Shown in pieces: positions 1 to 9,308 of a stretch of DNA of 36,131 nucleotides; position 1 is the stretch's first letter, and each line of letters opens with the position of its first letter. The notes beneath the pieces are model-generated. The model saw nothing but the letters and a program-made list of their open reading frames with translations, was not told the DNA's origin and made no database searches. The position numbers and the translations under genes were made by a program. The DNA is from a virus (Duplodnaviria > Caudoviricetes). The stretch covers positions 1 through 36,131 of IMG/VR virus record IMGVR_UViG_3300030376_007529; one strand, written 5' to 3'.

Positions 1-1
1 A

Positions 2-217
2 GAAGGTCTTGTAGTATTTGGTTATGCAGGAGATCAAGGAGCTACAAGAGTTAGAACAGGACAACCTACTATTAATGCTTTTTTAACTGAAGATGAGTTA
101 GAAAACTTTGTTAATGAAGATGTTGGTATTGATGACTATTATAAGGTACAAGCAGAAACTTTAGGTAATAAATTTCAAGGTCCTTCTCTTAAATACCCTT
201 TTACCCCACCTGAATAG
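2..217 (+). CDS. C-terminal fragment of a hypothetical protein (runs in from left edge)
   Basis: Manual translation, frame 2: EGLVVFGYAGDQGATRVRTGQPTINAF...KYPFTPPE*, TAG at 215-217; converges on the minus-strand arm. Confidence 0.75.
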   Translation, partial: EGLVVFGYAGDQGATRVRTGQPTINAFLTEDELENFVNEDVGIDDYYKVQAETLGNKFQGPSLKYPFTPPE

Positions 218-382
218 AAGAAAGGCCTATCAGAATGCAGAAACTGATAGGGTTGGTTTCCTTTCTCCCGGCTTTCACCGACTTATTAACCCAGAAAATT
301 ATGCATTTTTGATGTTTCTAGTAGCTATGATGTAAATTAAGAGGAGAGCTATTAATAGCTTTAATAATACTCCGGCCATATA

Positions 383-1195
383 TTAAAGTGATTTAATTTT
401 TGACCAATCATATGTATCATCTCCTATCTCAATTTCATCCGCATTCACTATATCAGTGTTTTGAATACCCATTGAATTTAGTACATTGTGAGTCATGAAT
501 TCATGAAACTTTTTTGTATCACTTAACCATGATCTTGGATGTACATTTTTATAAGCATGTGTTACATGATTATAGAATGCCCAAGCATTTTCTTGGTCAA
601 CTCCATAATCAAAAGAAGGTTGTTCTATTTCCTTCTTTACACAACTCATTTGTCTAGGGCTTATAAGATCTTCATTTAAGTACATTCTTCCTAAGAGTTC
701 ACCTTGTGATTTCTTGCTCAGAATAGTTGTTTTTAAAGAATCTTTGTCACTGACTATTTTATCAAACACTTTTTGTGCGTTCTTTATTTGACTTGATATT
801 TGCATTCTAATTTCTTGATCTGCAGAGCCTGTATGCTTTCTAGCATAGTTTATGTCTCCACACATCATTCCATTTGAACAAACAAACACATGTGCTCCTA
901 TGGAACACTGAAATCTTATGGATTTATCATAAGAGTTTGTCCAAGCAAACATCATCCCTAAATCAGAATCTTCAGATTCTTGACTTAGATGCTTTACAAA
1001 ATAGATACCTTGAGCAACTTGTGCGTCATTATTGGCTCTATATAGTTCTTTAGTGATCATAAAACCACTATTTGCAAGCATTAGCTTTGTATTATCTATC
1101 ACATGTTTATGCGATATCAACGTATATGTGTCACCGTGGTTAGGCAACTTTGCATTTAGTAAGTAATCTTTTGTTGTTTCAATATTACTTGTCAT
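383..1195 (-). CDS. DUF932/DUF945-like phage protein
   Basis: TNSYDKS and VFVCSNGM motifs, then ARKHTG, typical of this family. Confidence 0.7.
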   Translation of the reverse strand: MTSNIETTKDYLLNAKLPNHGDTYTLISHKHVIDNTKLMLANSGFMITKELYRANNDAQVAQGIYFVKHLSQESEDSDLGMMFAWTNSYDKSIRFQCSIGAHVFVCSNGMMCGDINYARKHTGSADQEIRMQISSQIKNAQKVFDKIVSDKDSLKTTILSKKSQGELLGRMYLNEDLISPRQMSCVKKEIEQPSFDYGVDQENAWAFYNHVTHAYKNVHPRSWLSDTKKFHEFMTHNVLNSMGIQNTDIVNADEIEIGDDTYDWSKIKSL

Positions 1196-1214
1196 ATGTT
1201 AAACTTTTAAAGTG

Positions 1215-1246
1215 TAAATATAAAAAAAATATTCCGGGTTAACAAA
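1215..1246 (-). promoter_or_regulatory. Bacteroidota sigma70-type promoter candidate
   Basis: Minus strand TTTG-N20-TATATTTA vs consensus TTTG-N19-21-TAnnTTTG; about 20 nt upstream of the ATG at 1195. Confidence 0.5.
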
Positions 1247-1267
1247 AAATTAATATAATGTAATGTA

Positions 1268-1305
1268 AAATAAAATGAGGAAGCCTATAAAAACTATAAG
1301 CCTCC
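1268..1305 (-). terminator. Probable intrinsic terminator after polB
   Basis: Minus strand GAGGCTTATA-gtttt-TATAGGCTTC stem (with G-U pairs), then T-rich tract. Confidence 0.55.
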
Positions 1306-1333
1306 ACAATATTTCATAAAGTGTATCTTTCAT

Positions 1334-3334
1334 TTAAAATAATTCAAGTTGGTTCATACTAACAGATAAAATATTATCTATTTCAGATTCAATAGCTTTA
1401 CTGTAATAAGCAGTATCAATATTGTAGTCTTCCCATCTAGGTTTTAAATCAATATTATTAAATAATGTCTGCATCCATTTTCCTGATTCACATTGAATCT
1501 CTCTATCATCTTTGACATTAACTTTAATAATTTTAACACTTTTATTACCAGACTTAGATATATAATATCTATTTATCTTTTGAAGATGCTCTTCATTAAA
1601 TTCACCATCTTTAATTGATCTTGCAACTTGTTTCCAACTACCTTTAGATTTCATTCCTATACAATAGTCAAGTATGTTTTTATTTTCCATCAGATAATCT
1701 TCAGGTAAAACATCTTTTACAAAATAATTATATATGGCTTTTTTAACAACAAGCTTTGACTTATTTTTATGTAATTGTAAATCATGAAAATTAAAACGTC
1801 CCTTTAACTTAACAGGAGCATATAAAAATTGTGACCCTTGCACTTTAAATAAATAGTGTGGGTTTTCATCTTTTATCTTTCTCCAGGTGTTTAAATCAAC
1901 GCTTTTAAAAGTATTTACAGCAATATAATTGTTTACATCACCTAAAACTATTTTTTGATAAGTATCATGTTCAAGATTCAATTGAGTTATTTCTTCCCAT
2001 TCCTTGCATATACTCAGATATTCATCTTTATATTTACGAGGAATTCTAATCTCAACACCATCTGTATTTAACAATAATCCTGCAGCATCTGGAATTCTTT
2101 CCATTAGCATTTCATATAACATTAATAAGCTGAGTTGGCCATTAACAGTTATACGCATACATAGATCAGGATCATAAAAGAAACTATTCTTATCATTGCT
2201 TAAACCAAATGTAGAATTAAGTACAATTTTATATACGTAATTCATGGGATTAGATTTAGGTATTTTAACTCTTTCATTAAAGAACCATTCATACTGATCA
2301 CAAAAATCTTCAGCAGGAAAGTGATCAGGTGACCATTTATTCTTTATACAAAGATTAGGATAAAAACTGGTAACATCACTGGACATTATAATATACTCAT
2401 CATCAGATTTGTATACACCGCTTTGTCTTGCACCGTGAACACCACCTAAACCAAATGATATGTCAACATCTTTATATTTAAGGGAGTATTTAAACTGACC
2501 TTTCAAAGATTGAGCATCTAATTCAAGTGACTTAAATCTATCTAAACAAAGTTTAAACTCTGTAGATTCAAAGTTAATGTAAGATAATATTAAGTCTTTA
2601 AGTTTGATTATAGATCTGTATGTTCTGAATTTTTTAACTTCATATGGGCTTAGTTTAAGTTTCTTCCCCATATAATAAGCAAATAATTCTTTTGCTATTT
2701 TAGGTTCTGAAGCATTAAATAAATTAATACCATAAGTTTTAGTTAATTCTTTGCGTAATTTAATTTGAGGATGTGATCTGTTGTATATTTCTTTAGTAGA
2801 GGTTACATCATTTATGCAATATCCAATTATAATATCCAACTGCTCTTGTGTTTCAATTTTAGAGGTATGATCAATGGGCATTTCTAACATGTTATCCCAA
2901 TCCATACTAAACTGAATCCATTTAAGACTAGATCTTTTAGCCATATTGTCCCAATGATGGAGTTTGAATACATCAATTTGACCAATTTTCATTTTCCAAG
3001 GTGCGTATTCACCAAATTCTCCAATATTAGTTCTGCGTATTGTGTCTTGTGCAAACTTGTATATTATCTCAGCTATTTCACATCCTGATATATTACCCCA
3101 TAAAGGATAGTTATCTAATATATAGTGAGTAACTTGTGCATCAAATGCTAAACCATTAAAGGATATATGCCACTCTTTATTATCTATGTTGTCTTCTAAG
3201 AAGTTTACGAAATCCTTTAAATCATTTTGCAGGTTGTGTATTACAAACACCTTCCTTTCAGAAGTTTTATAATGTTCAAATACAGCTACAAAACAATTAC
3301 ATAAGGTTTCATAATCCATTACGTAATGATTCAT
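1334..3334 (-). CDS. polB: Family B DNA polymerase (crAss-like type)
   Basis: ExoI DYE, ExoII FNGLAFD, ExoIII YCIND; polymerase motifs DVTSFYP, KIVLNSTFG, NTDG. Confidence 0.93.
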   Translation of the reverse strand: MNHYVMDYETLCNCFVAVFEHYKTSERKVFVIHNLQNDLKDFVNFLEDNIDNKEWHISFNGLAFDAQVTHYILDNYPLWGNISGCEIAEIIYKFAQDTIRRTNIGEFGEYAPWKMKIGQIDVFKLHHWDNMAKRSSLKWIQFSMDWDNMLEMPIDHTSKIETQEQLDIIIGYCINDVTSTKEIYNRSHPQIKLRKELTKTYGINLFNASEPKIAKELFAYYMGKKLKLSPYEVKKFRTYRSIIKLKDLILSYINFESTEFKLCLDRFKSLELDAQSLKGQFKYSLKYKDVDISFGLGGVHGARQSGVYKSDDEYIIMSSDVTSFYPNLCIKNKWSPDHFPAEDFCDQYEWFFNERVKIPKSNPMNYVYKIVLNSTFGLSNDKNSFFYDPDLCMRITVNGQLSLLMLYEMLMERIPDAAGLLLNTDGVEIRIPRKYKDEYLSICKEWEEITQLNLEHDTYQKIVLGDVNNYIAVNTFKSVDLNTWRKIKDENPHYLFKVQGSQFLYAPVKLKGRFNFHDLQLHKNKSKLVVKKAIYNYFVKDVLPEDYLMENKNILDYCIGMKSKGSWKQVARSIKDGEFNEEHLQKINRYYISKSGNKSVKIIKVNVKDDREIQCESGKWMQTLFNNIDLKPRWEDYNIDTAYYSKAIESEIDNILSVSMNQLELF

Positions 3335-3347
3335 ATTTTTTTAGTTT

Positions 3348-3381
3348 AAAAAAAAAGGCACCCTCTGCAGGTGCCTCTTTT
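3348..3381 (-). terminator. Intrinsic terminator just upstream of polB
   Basis: Minus strand AGGCACC-tgcagag-GGTGCC followed by T9. Confidence 0.75.
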
Positions 3382-3443
3382 AAATTAGATAATGGAGAGA
3401 ATCACATAAAACTTGAAAAATCATGTGACGGAAGGTTATCTAA

Positions 3444-3857
3444 TTATTTAGTTATAAGCTGTGATGTTTTAATTTTCTTTTCATCAGTAGCCATATATTT
3501 TTTATAATCAAAGCTGTCTGCATTTACAGCAAACATATTAATGAAATTTTCCATTTCATCTTTTTCCATTACATAGAATTCAGAAAAAGTTTCAACAGAT
3601 ACTCTCTGTTCTTTATGAACTTTTCCAGTTTCTTTATTTGGAAACTTTAATTTTTGAGGTTGTCCATTATCATCTAACTTAGGAAGCATATGAAAAGAAT
3701 TCTTCATAACCTTTGTTATAACAGCTAATATTCCTGAAGATGGATCATACATACCTTCAACATAAGGACATGATTCATTTACTGGAATAAGATTGAATGA
3801 TTTGACATTTCTGAAAGATGATGTGATTAACATCATGTTTTGACCAATATTACTCAT
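3444..3857 (-). CDS. Hypothetical phage protein
   Basis: 137-aa ORF packed within the operon. Confidence 0.75.
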   Translation of the reverse strand: MSNIGQNMMLITSSFRNVKSFNLIPVNESCPYVEGMYDPSSGILAVITKVMKNSFHMLPKLDDNGQPQKLKFPNKETGKVHKEQRVSVETFSEFYVMEKDEMENFINMFAVNADSFDYKKYMATDEKKIKTSQLITK

Positions 3858-3860
3858 ATA

Positions 3861-4442
3861 TTATATTTTATCTAAAGATATAGAATTATTTTTTAATTGT
3901 ACTAATTCATCAGGAATTTTTTCAATTAAAGTTTCTTTTTCCATGTTGGGAATGCTGCATACTTCATAGACATCTTTAATGGAATCTATTGGTACCTCAA
4001 GGGCTTCAGCATATTCTTCATGGTAATCTTCAGGATATAAAAAACTTTTAATATAATTACTAGTTTTTCCAATCTTACCAAAATATTTAATTATTTTATC
4101 CTTGGTTTTTATAGAAAATTTAGAATACTTTCCTTTTATGAACATGTCATAATCATGTTTATAATTAGAATAATCAAATATATAAAGTTGTTTATCAGGT
4201 TCAAGTTCAAAATGACTTTCAAAATGTTTATTTTGTTTTATAGCATGGTCTTCAAATAACTTATACTTAACAGTTCTTTTACAATTATATATACAAATAA
4301 ACTTATAGTCTCCCGGTATATATAAAGTATCCCAACTAATATAAGTTTCAGCTGGGACATATTTTTCTCCTTTTTTTATACCCAACAAAGGATATAAAAA
4401 AACTTTACTCTTTTGAAAATACTGTGTATAAGCACTGTTCAT
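3861..4442 (-). CDS. Hypothetical phage protein
   Basis: 193-aa ORF; KSKVFLYPLLG and FIKGKYSKFS segments resemble proteins found next to crAss-like polB/exonuclease genes (recollection, not searched). Confidence 0.75.
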   Translation of the reverse strand: MNSAYTQYFQKSKVFLYPLLGIKKGEKYVPAETYISWDTLYIPGDYKFICIYNCKRTVKYKLFEDHAIKQNKHFESHFELEPDKQLYIFDYSNYKHDYDMFIKGKYSKFSIKTKDKIIKYFGKIGKTSNYIKSFLYPEDYHEEYAEALEVPIDSIKDVYEVCSIPNMEKETLIEKIPDELVQLKNNSISLDKI

Positions 4443-4445
4443 ATA

Positions 4446-5429
4446 CTATAATTTAACCTTTTCTTTTAAGAACTCATAAGGAAGGGTGAAATTTCTTTCA
4501 GTATAATGATGATTTGCAGCTTCTAGTATGAAATAATTTAAACCTTCTGCCCATTTTGCCATTGTTCCTTCCGTAACATCAAATACATATACTTGATTGT
4601 ATTTATCTATTACTACAAATTTAAACAAAATTGTGTAATCTGAGTTTTCATTTTCATAAACTAATTTAGAATATATAGCTGCTTGTAGCCAATAGTTATA
4701 ATATTCAATAGTTTCAGCAAAATCACTTATAGTCTTAGATGTAGTTTTAAGATCACAAATAGTAATGATTTTATTCTCATCATCTACCATATAGTAATCA
4801 ATGTAACCATGCAATCCAAAATCATATGTATTAAGTTTACACTTTAGATATTTTTCACAATGTTTTGTTTTAGAGTCTAATTCAAAGTCTGTTGAATCAT
4901 TATTAAATAATTCAGCAACTTCTTTATTAGCCTTTAAAATTTCAACTTGTTCTTTACATCTATTTAAAGTGTCTTCATCAATGACATCTACAACTAAATT
5001 GTTACTTAAAAATTCCCAATACGGTTCATTTGCTTCAGTTTTAATCTTAGCAATTCTTTGCGCATCTGTTTTTAATGATTGATATAAGTTTAAAGATTTT
5101 AAAGAATCTAATATTACAAAATCTTTACACTTTTCTAAAGTTTCAGAATCTGTATATAGCGTCATGTCTTTTAATACTTTTCTAACATTATCACTGGGAG
5201 TTTTTTGAGGTACAATATTAAATTTATCTTTTAAATTTTCAGGTTCAAATAATAAACAATGAATGAGTTTACCTTCTATCAAATGTTTATCAGTTCTAAT
5301 CTCCCTGTCCTGCAATATATAATCCTTATAAAATAAGGATGGTGAAAATAAAAGTTTGTTTAAAGAAGAATAGCTAAAATAAAAATATTTAGAATAAAAA
5401 TCTTTTTCTTTTTCTTTATTTATCTTCAT
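4446..5429 (-). CDS. PD-(D/E)XK (RecE/ExoVIII-like) exonuclease
   Basis: SYSSL N-terminal motif, GKLIHCLL, GYIDY, ICDLKT, YWLQAAIY. Confidence 0.85.
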   Translation of the reverse strand: MKINKEKEKDFYSKYFYFSYSSLNKLLFSPSLFYKDYILQDREIRTDKHLIEGKLIHCLLFEPENLKDKFNIVPQKTPSDNVRKVLKDMTLYTDSETLEKCKDFVILDSLKSLNLYQSLKTDAQRIAKIKTEANEPYWEFLSNNLVVDVIDEDTLNRCKEQVEILKANKEVAELFNNDSTDFELDSKTKHCEKYLKCKLNTYDFGLHGYIDYYMVDDENKIITICDLKTTSKTISDFAETIEYYNYWLQAAIYSKLVYENENSDYTILFKFVVIDKYNQVYVFDVTEGTMAKWAEGLNYFILEAANHHYTERNFTLPYEFLKEKVKL

Positions 5430-5691
5430 AGGTTTTAATTAAATTATTTAATTTTTCTTTGAATTCAGTAATCATAGTTTCTTCATCAAATATAAGATTT
5501 CCTTTTTCACCGATGGTAAAATAAGTTTGTTGCTTTATAGAAGGAGGAACCATAGCAAGATGAATTCTGCAAGGTATAACTTTTTCAGTATTACAATCAT
5601 TACAGCATCTATCCTTTTTAATTGGATCAGCGTTATGACTGTCTTTACTAGGTATAAATTTACCGCATAGTGAGCATTTAATTTTATTCAT
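5416..5691 (-). CDS. Small zinc-finger protein
   Basis: CSLC...HNADP...RCCNDCN. Confidence 0.65.
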   Translation of the reverse strand: MNKIKCSLCGKFIPSKDSHNADPIKKDRCCNDCNTEKVIPCRIHLAMVPPSIKQQTYFTIGEKGNLIFDEETMITEFKEKLNNLIKTYEDK

Positions 5692-5705
5692 ATTAATAGT
5701 TTAAA

Positions 5706-5760
5706 AGGGGTGCTGTGCAATTTTATGTTGCACAGCATTAACAATCAATTATGGCTCCCC
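5706..5760. terminator. Hairpin after the MoxR/vWA operon (terminator or processing site)
   Basis: TGCTGTGCAA-ttttatg-TTGCACAGCA 10-bp stem inside GGGG...CCCC; no strong U tract. Confidence 0.45.
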
Positions 5761-5764
5761 TAAA

Positions 5765-6997
5765 TTAAAAAAATTGGACATCTAATGGTTCAGCTTTAAG
5801 CTTATCCTTATATTCATCACTTAATTGAATTGCAGATATATCTAACTTAAGAAAACTTTTGTTATTAAATCCACATACATTATTAATGCACTTTTCAAAT
5901 ATTTCTTTACTAATTAATTTAAATGAAAATTCAGTAAACTGATCATCTTCAACTAATAGCTTTATGAATCTTTGATATCCGTGAGTTCTACCATTCCAAT
6001 TGCCATGATTTATAGAGTATTTATCAAAAGCTTTTCTCAAACTTTTAACATTTACACTGTTCCAATTTTTACCAGTTTTTAATTCATAACTATAAAAGAA
6101 AAATAATAAAGCAACTTTATCATATGAATCTTCTATATTACAATTAGACATTACTTCTAATGCTAAAGTTACATTTTCTCTATCATTTGAACTTATCATC
6201 TTTGATAAATTCTCATAAGATTCTTCATCTAATATAGCTGAGTCTTCATTGGATATTTTTACTAAATCTGAATCTAATATAAGATTATCTGAATTTAGTA
6301 ATTCTTTAAATAATTCACCATTATTTATTATCTCAATTTCACAAGCCGTTTGACTACCTTTAATAAAACTATCAAACTGTTTTATAAAGTGATCAAATTT
6401 GCCAACATTACCATAACCAGACCAAGCGTGAGTTTTAGACACATGAATTAATACATCATATTGGTCATCTCCGTAATTTATTTCTTCATTTAGTAGATAA
6501 TTATAAAAATCTGTAAGTTTTTTTCTACACTCTTCATCAGTGTTAACTTTATCAATATAAGATTTAAATTTTTCAATCTTATATACACTAGCCCAAGAAG
6601 CTGTAGATATGGAACCTAATATATTATTTGATATAACTTTATAATCTACATCAATAGGGCTTCTTTTTACAGAGATATTATACTTTTCTTTAAGAAGATC
6701 TGTTTTAGTTCTAGGTAAAGTAATTTTAGGAAATCTAAAAATACTTTTGTTTTTTAAATCTTTACCTGTTATTTCCACAGTATCAAAAGGATTAAGTGCG
6801 TTATATGGCCTTCTTTCAATAGCCATAGCCCAATTGTATTTATCTTTTTGTATAGAAAAATCAGAACGTGAATTTAAATTGCTAACATTTATATCTACGC
6901 CAGAAGCAAGTAACTTGCCTTCTACATACATACTTGATCTACTTATGTGATCTTCAGTAAAACTGAAATTTATTGAATAAACTTTTTTGTATTTCAT
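5765..6997 (-). CDS. Hypothetical protein with BRCT-like segment and shared helical motif; paralog of 6994-8025
   Basis: KNKSIFRFPKITLPR...YNISVKRSPIDVDYKVIS and LDEESYENLSKMISSNDRENVTLALEVM. Confidence 0.75.
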   Translation of the reverse strand: MKYKKVYSINFSFTEDHISRSSMYVEGKLLASGVDINVSNLNSRSDFSIQKDKYNWAMAIERRPYNALNPFDTVEITGKDLKNKSIFRFPKITLPRTKTDLLKEKYNISVKRSPIDVDYKVISNNILGSISTASWASVYKIEKFKSYIDKVNTDEECRKKLTDFYNYLLNEEINYGDDQYDVLIHVSKTHAWSGYGNVGKFDHFIKQFDSFIKGSQTACEIEIINNGELFKELLNSDNLILDSDLVKISNEDSAILDEESYENLSKMISSNDRENVTLALEVMSNCNIEDSYDKVALLFFFYSYELKTGKNWNSVNVKSLRKAFDKYSINHGNWNGRTHGYQRFIKLLVEDDQFTEFSFKLISKEIFEKCINNVCGFNNKSFLKLDISAIQLSDEYKDKLKAEPLDVQFF

Positions 6998-8025
6998 TTT
7001 AAAAATTTTTTGTATTCTGGTTTAACACTTACTTTAAATACATAAAGTTCTCTATTATGTATAGATATATCTTTACGTACTATTTTCTCTAAATATTTGA
7101 AAGATTCTGAATCTAATTTTTCTTCTTTTTCAAGTTTCAAAATCATATCTTCTGCACTATTGTGATATAATTCACTTATTTCAGCTTTCTCTATCCAATA
7201 TTTAACATCTTTATCCCTATTAAATTTATAGGTGCTTCCGTAAATATCTTGAGCTAATTTCCATAATAAATGTGGTTTCTTTGTATAATCAATAGTTGGA
7301 AGAATTTTAGCAGCAATTGCTGTATTTTCATCATCATATGAACTTGTCCAAGTTCCTATTTCATCAACTAAAGTTTCAGTTAAATCTGTTTTATTAGCAG
7401 ATGAATGCAAAACAGATTCTTCATCTATAACTTCTAATTCTCCAGTATCAACAAGATGTGCAATATTTAAAGCTAATCCTGTAATACCCCATTCATCCAT
7501 AAGGTTTATACCATTAGAACAGTTGTAACTAGCAGTAAACCACTTTTCATCATGAATAACATATGTACTATAATTCCTAACTAAAGTATCTCCAATTCCT
7601 GTAGGAGGGAGACCATCTTTATTATAGGCTTCATAGTTCCAAAGTCTATACATAAGCTTACTAATTTTTATTTTTTCACCGTTATTAAACTTCTCATAAA
7701 AATTATCATGAGTTATTATAAAATCAGCTTTTTCATAATCATTAGTAATGGTAACTTTATGTTCCTTACATGCAGCTTTTAATCTATCTAATGTTACCGT
7801 TGCTCCGGGTAATACAAAAGCTCTTTTATGCTTGCTTATGTCTACACCTTTCATTGTTTCATTAGTTATTAAATCCCTTATGTTATTAAACATAGTTACA
7901 TCTTGTGTTATAAGCACATCATCAACTTGACTGGAAGTAATGACCCCATACACGGGGTCATTATCCAAGCCAAAATGTTCTAGTGCATCAGTATTATATT
8001 CTTGATAAACATTTTTTTTTGCCAT
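6994..8025 (-). CDS. Hypothetical protein with BRCT-like segment; paralog of 5765-6997
   Basis: KHKRAFVLPGATVTL...HKVTITNDYEKADFIITH and LTETLVDEIGTWTSSYDDENTAIAAKIL; overlaps both neighbours. Confidence 0.75.
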   Translation of the reverse strand: MAKKNVYQEYNTDALEHFGLDNDPVYGVITSSQVDDVLITQDVTMFNNIRDLITNETMKGVDISKHKRAFVLPGATVTLDRLKAACKEHKVTITNDYEKADFIITHDNFYEKFNNGEKIKISKLMYRLWNYEAYNKDGLPPTGIGDTLVRNYSTYVIHDEKWFTASYNCSNGINLMDEWGITGLALNIAHLVDTGELEVIDEESVLHSSANKTDLTETLVDEIGTWTSSYDDENTAIAAKILPTIDYTKKPHLLWKLAQDIYGSTYKFNRDKDVKYWIEKAEISELYHNSAEDMILKLEKEEKLDSESFKYLEKIVRKDISIHNRELYVFKVSVKPEYKKFLK

Positions 8026-9299
8026 TATTTTATAGTCATTTTAATGATTTCAGGTTTCATCATTAGTTTATTAAACTTTTGTTTATTTCCATTGAAAATA
8101 GTTCTAACAACTAGATATTTAAGATCATTTGTAAAGTAATCTTTTGTACAAAGAGCTTCTAATCTATCTGTAATCTTAGAATTAATTGTATTTTCTTTAG
8201 AATAAACAACTGAATAGTTAGCCAATCTTGTAGCTAATGTTGAGGCTATATCTGCACGATATGCATCATCTTTTCCAATACAACTGGTTAATTCACCTAA
8301 AATATAACTTTCATTTTCATGAGTTAATAAATCTTTTGGTGTTACCAGTTTATCCAGTTTGTTATTAATAAATGTAGTAAACATTGAAGCAAAAGCATCT
8401 CCTACAGATCCTTCACCAATCATTTGGATCATGGCTAGGTTATCTTCAAAAGACTCAAAACTAGAAATCCCATTAAAGAATGTAGTTATTGATCTTGCAT
8501 TTGTTTCTTGTGTTACAAGTTCAGGATTTAATAGTAAGAAGTTAATACATCTTGTATCAATACCTGCTTCTTCAGCCCAACGAGCCCATACATTTACATC
8601 AAACTGTAGATTTGCTGTAATATATCTTGTTTTTTGTGCAGAGTCAATGGAGTTAACCATATAGTCTCCGTTATCTGGATTAGCTGTTAAAATAATATGC
8701 CAATCTTTTGGTAGTTTCCAAGAGATGTATGTTTGACGGTCTATTAATTCCATAACAGCTTGAATAAATCTAGTATCTGCACGATTCCAGTCATCAAGAA
8801 GAAGAATGCCTCCCTCTTTTTTATCTGCAATCCATTCAGGTGCACAATAAGACATACGGTTTTTACCTGTCATCTTGTAACCATTTTTAAGATATTCAGC
8901 CACTGCAAGTTCATCAACCCATTGACCAATCTTTTTTGTAACAGTCTTTGACATTTTAGCAATGTCTGCAGCTGCTGCAGATCTTTGTCCTGGAGAATAA
9001 TCTACAGAGTCTGGAGTCTTTCCAACAGATACTTTTTTTTCCTTATACATTTGAAATTGACGTACAGGAAAACCTACTAAGTCACCAAGCTCCTCAATTT
9101 GTGCAAGATTAAGTTTTACAAAATTTAATTTATTTTCTTCTGCTATTTCTAGTATTGTTGATGTTTTACCAATACCAGATTCACCCACTACTTCTACAGA
9201 AACGGGTGGTTTGCCTTCAGATTGTAAAAATCTATTGTTAGTTATTATATGGTTTACAAAACCTTTTAGGTCATCAATATTTAAATTTACTTTTGCCAT
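8025..9299 (-). CDS. MoxR-like AAA+ ATPase
   Basis: Walker A GESGIGKT, GDLVGFP, Walker B LLLDDWNR, sensor-1 LTANP, DSAQKTR arginine-finger region. Confidence 0.88.
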   Translation of the reverse strand: MAKVNLNIDDLKGFVNHIITNNRFLQSEGKPPVSVEVVGESGIGKTSTILEIAEENKLNFVKLNLAQIEELGDLVGFPVRQFQMYKEKKVSVGKTPDSVDYSPGQRSAAAADIAKMSKTVTKKIGQWVDELAVAEYLKNGYKMTGKNRMSYCAPEWIADKKEGGILLLDDWNRADTRFIQAVMELIDRQTYISWKLPKDWHIILTANPDNGDYMVNSIDSAQKTRYITANLQFDVNVWARWAEEAGIDTRCINFLLLNPELVTQETNARSITTFFNGISSFESFEDNLAMIQMIGEGSVGDAFASMFTTFINNKLDKLVTPKDLLTHENESYILGELTSCIGKDDAYRADIASTLATRLANYSVVYSKENTINSKITDRLEALCTKDYFTNDLKYLVVRTIFNGNKQKFNKLMMKPEIIKMTIK

Positions 9300-9308
9300 A
9301 ATTGTTTT

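Noticed and set aside
244-251. CTGATAG (also 28507-28513) as a hammerhead core
   Set aside because: Does not fit CUGANGA and lacks the correctly placed GAAA and stems
1334-3334. Intein or intron in polB, dnaB or terL
   Set aside because: Motif spacing is compact and frames are continuous; no splice-junction motifs seen
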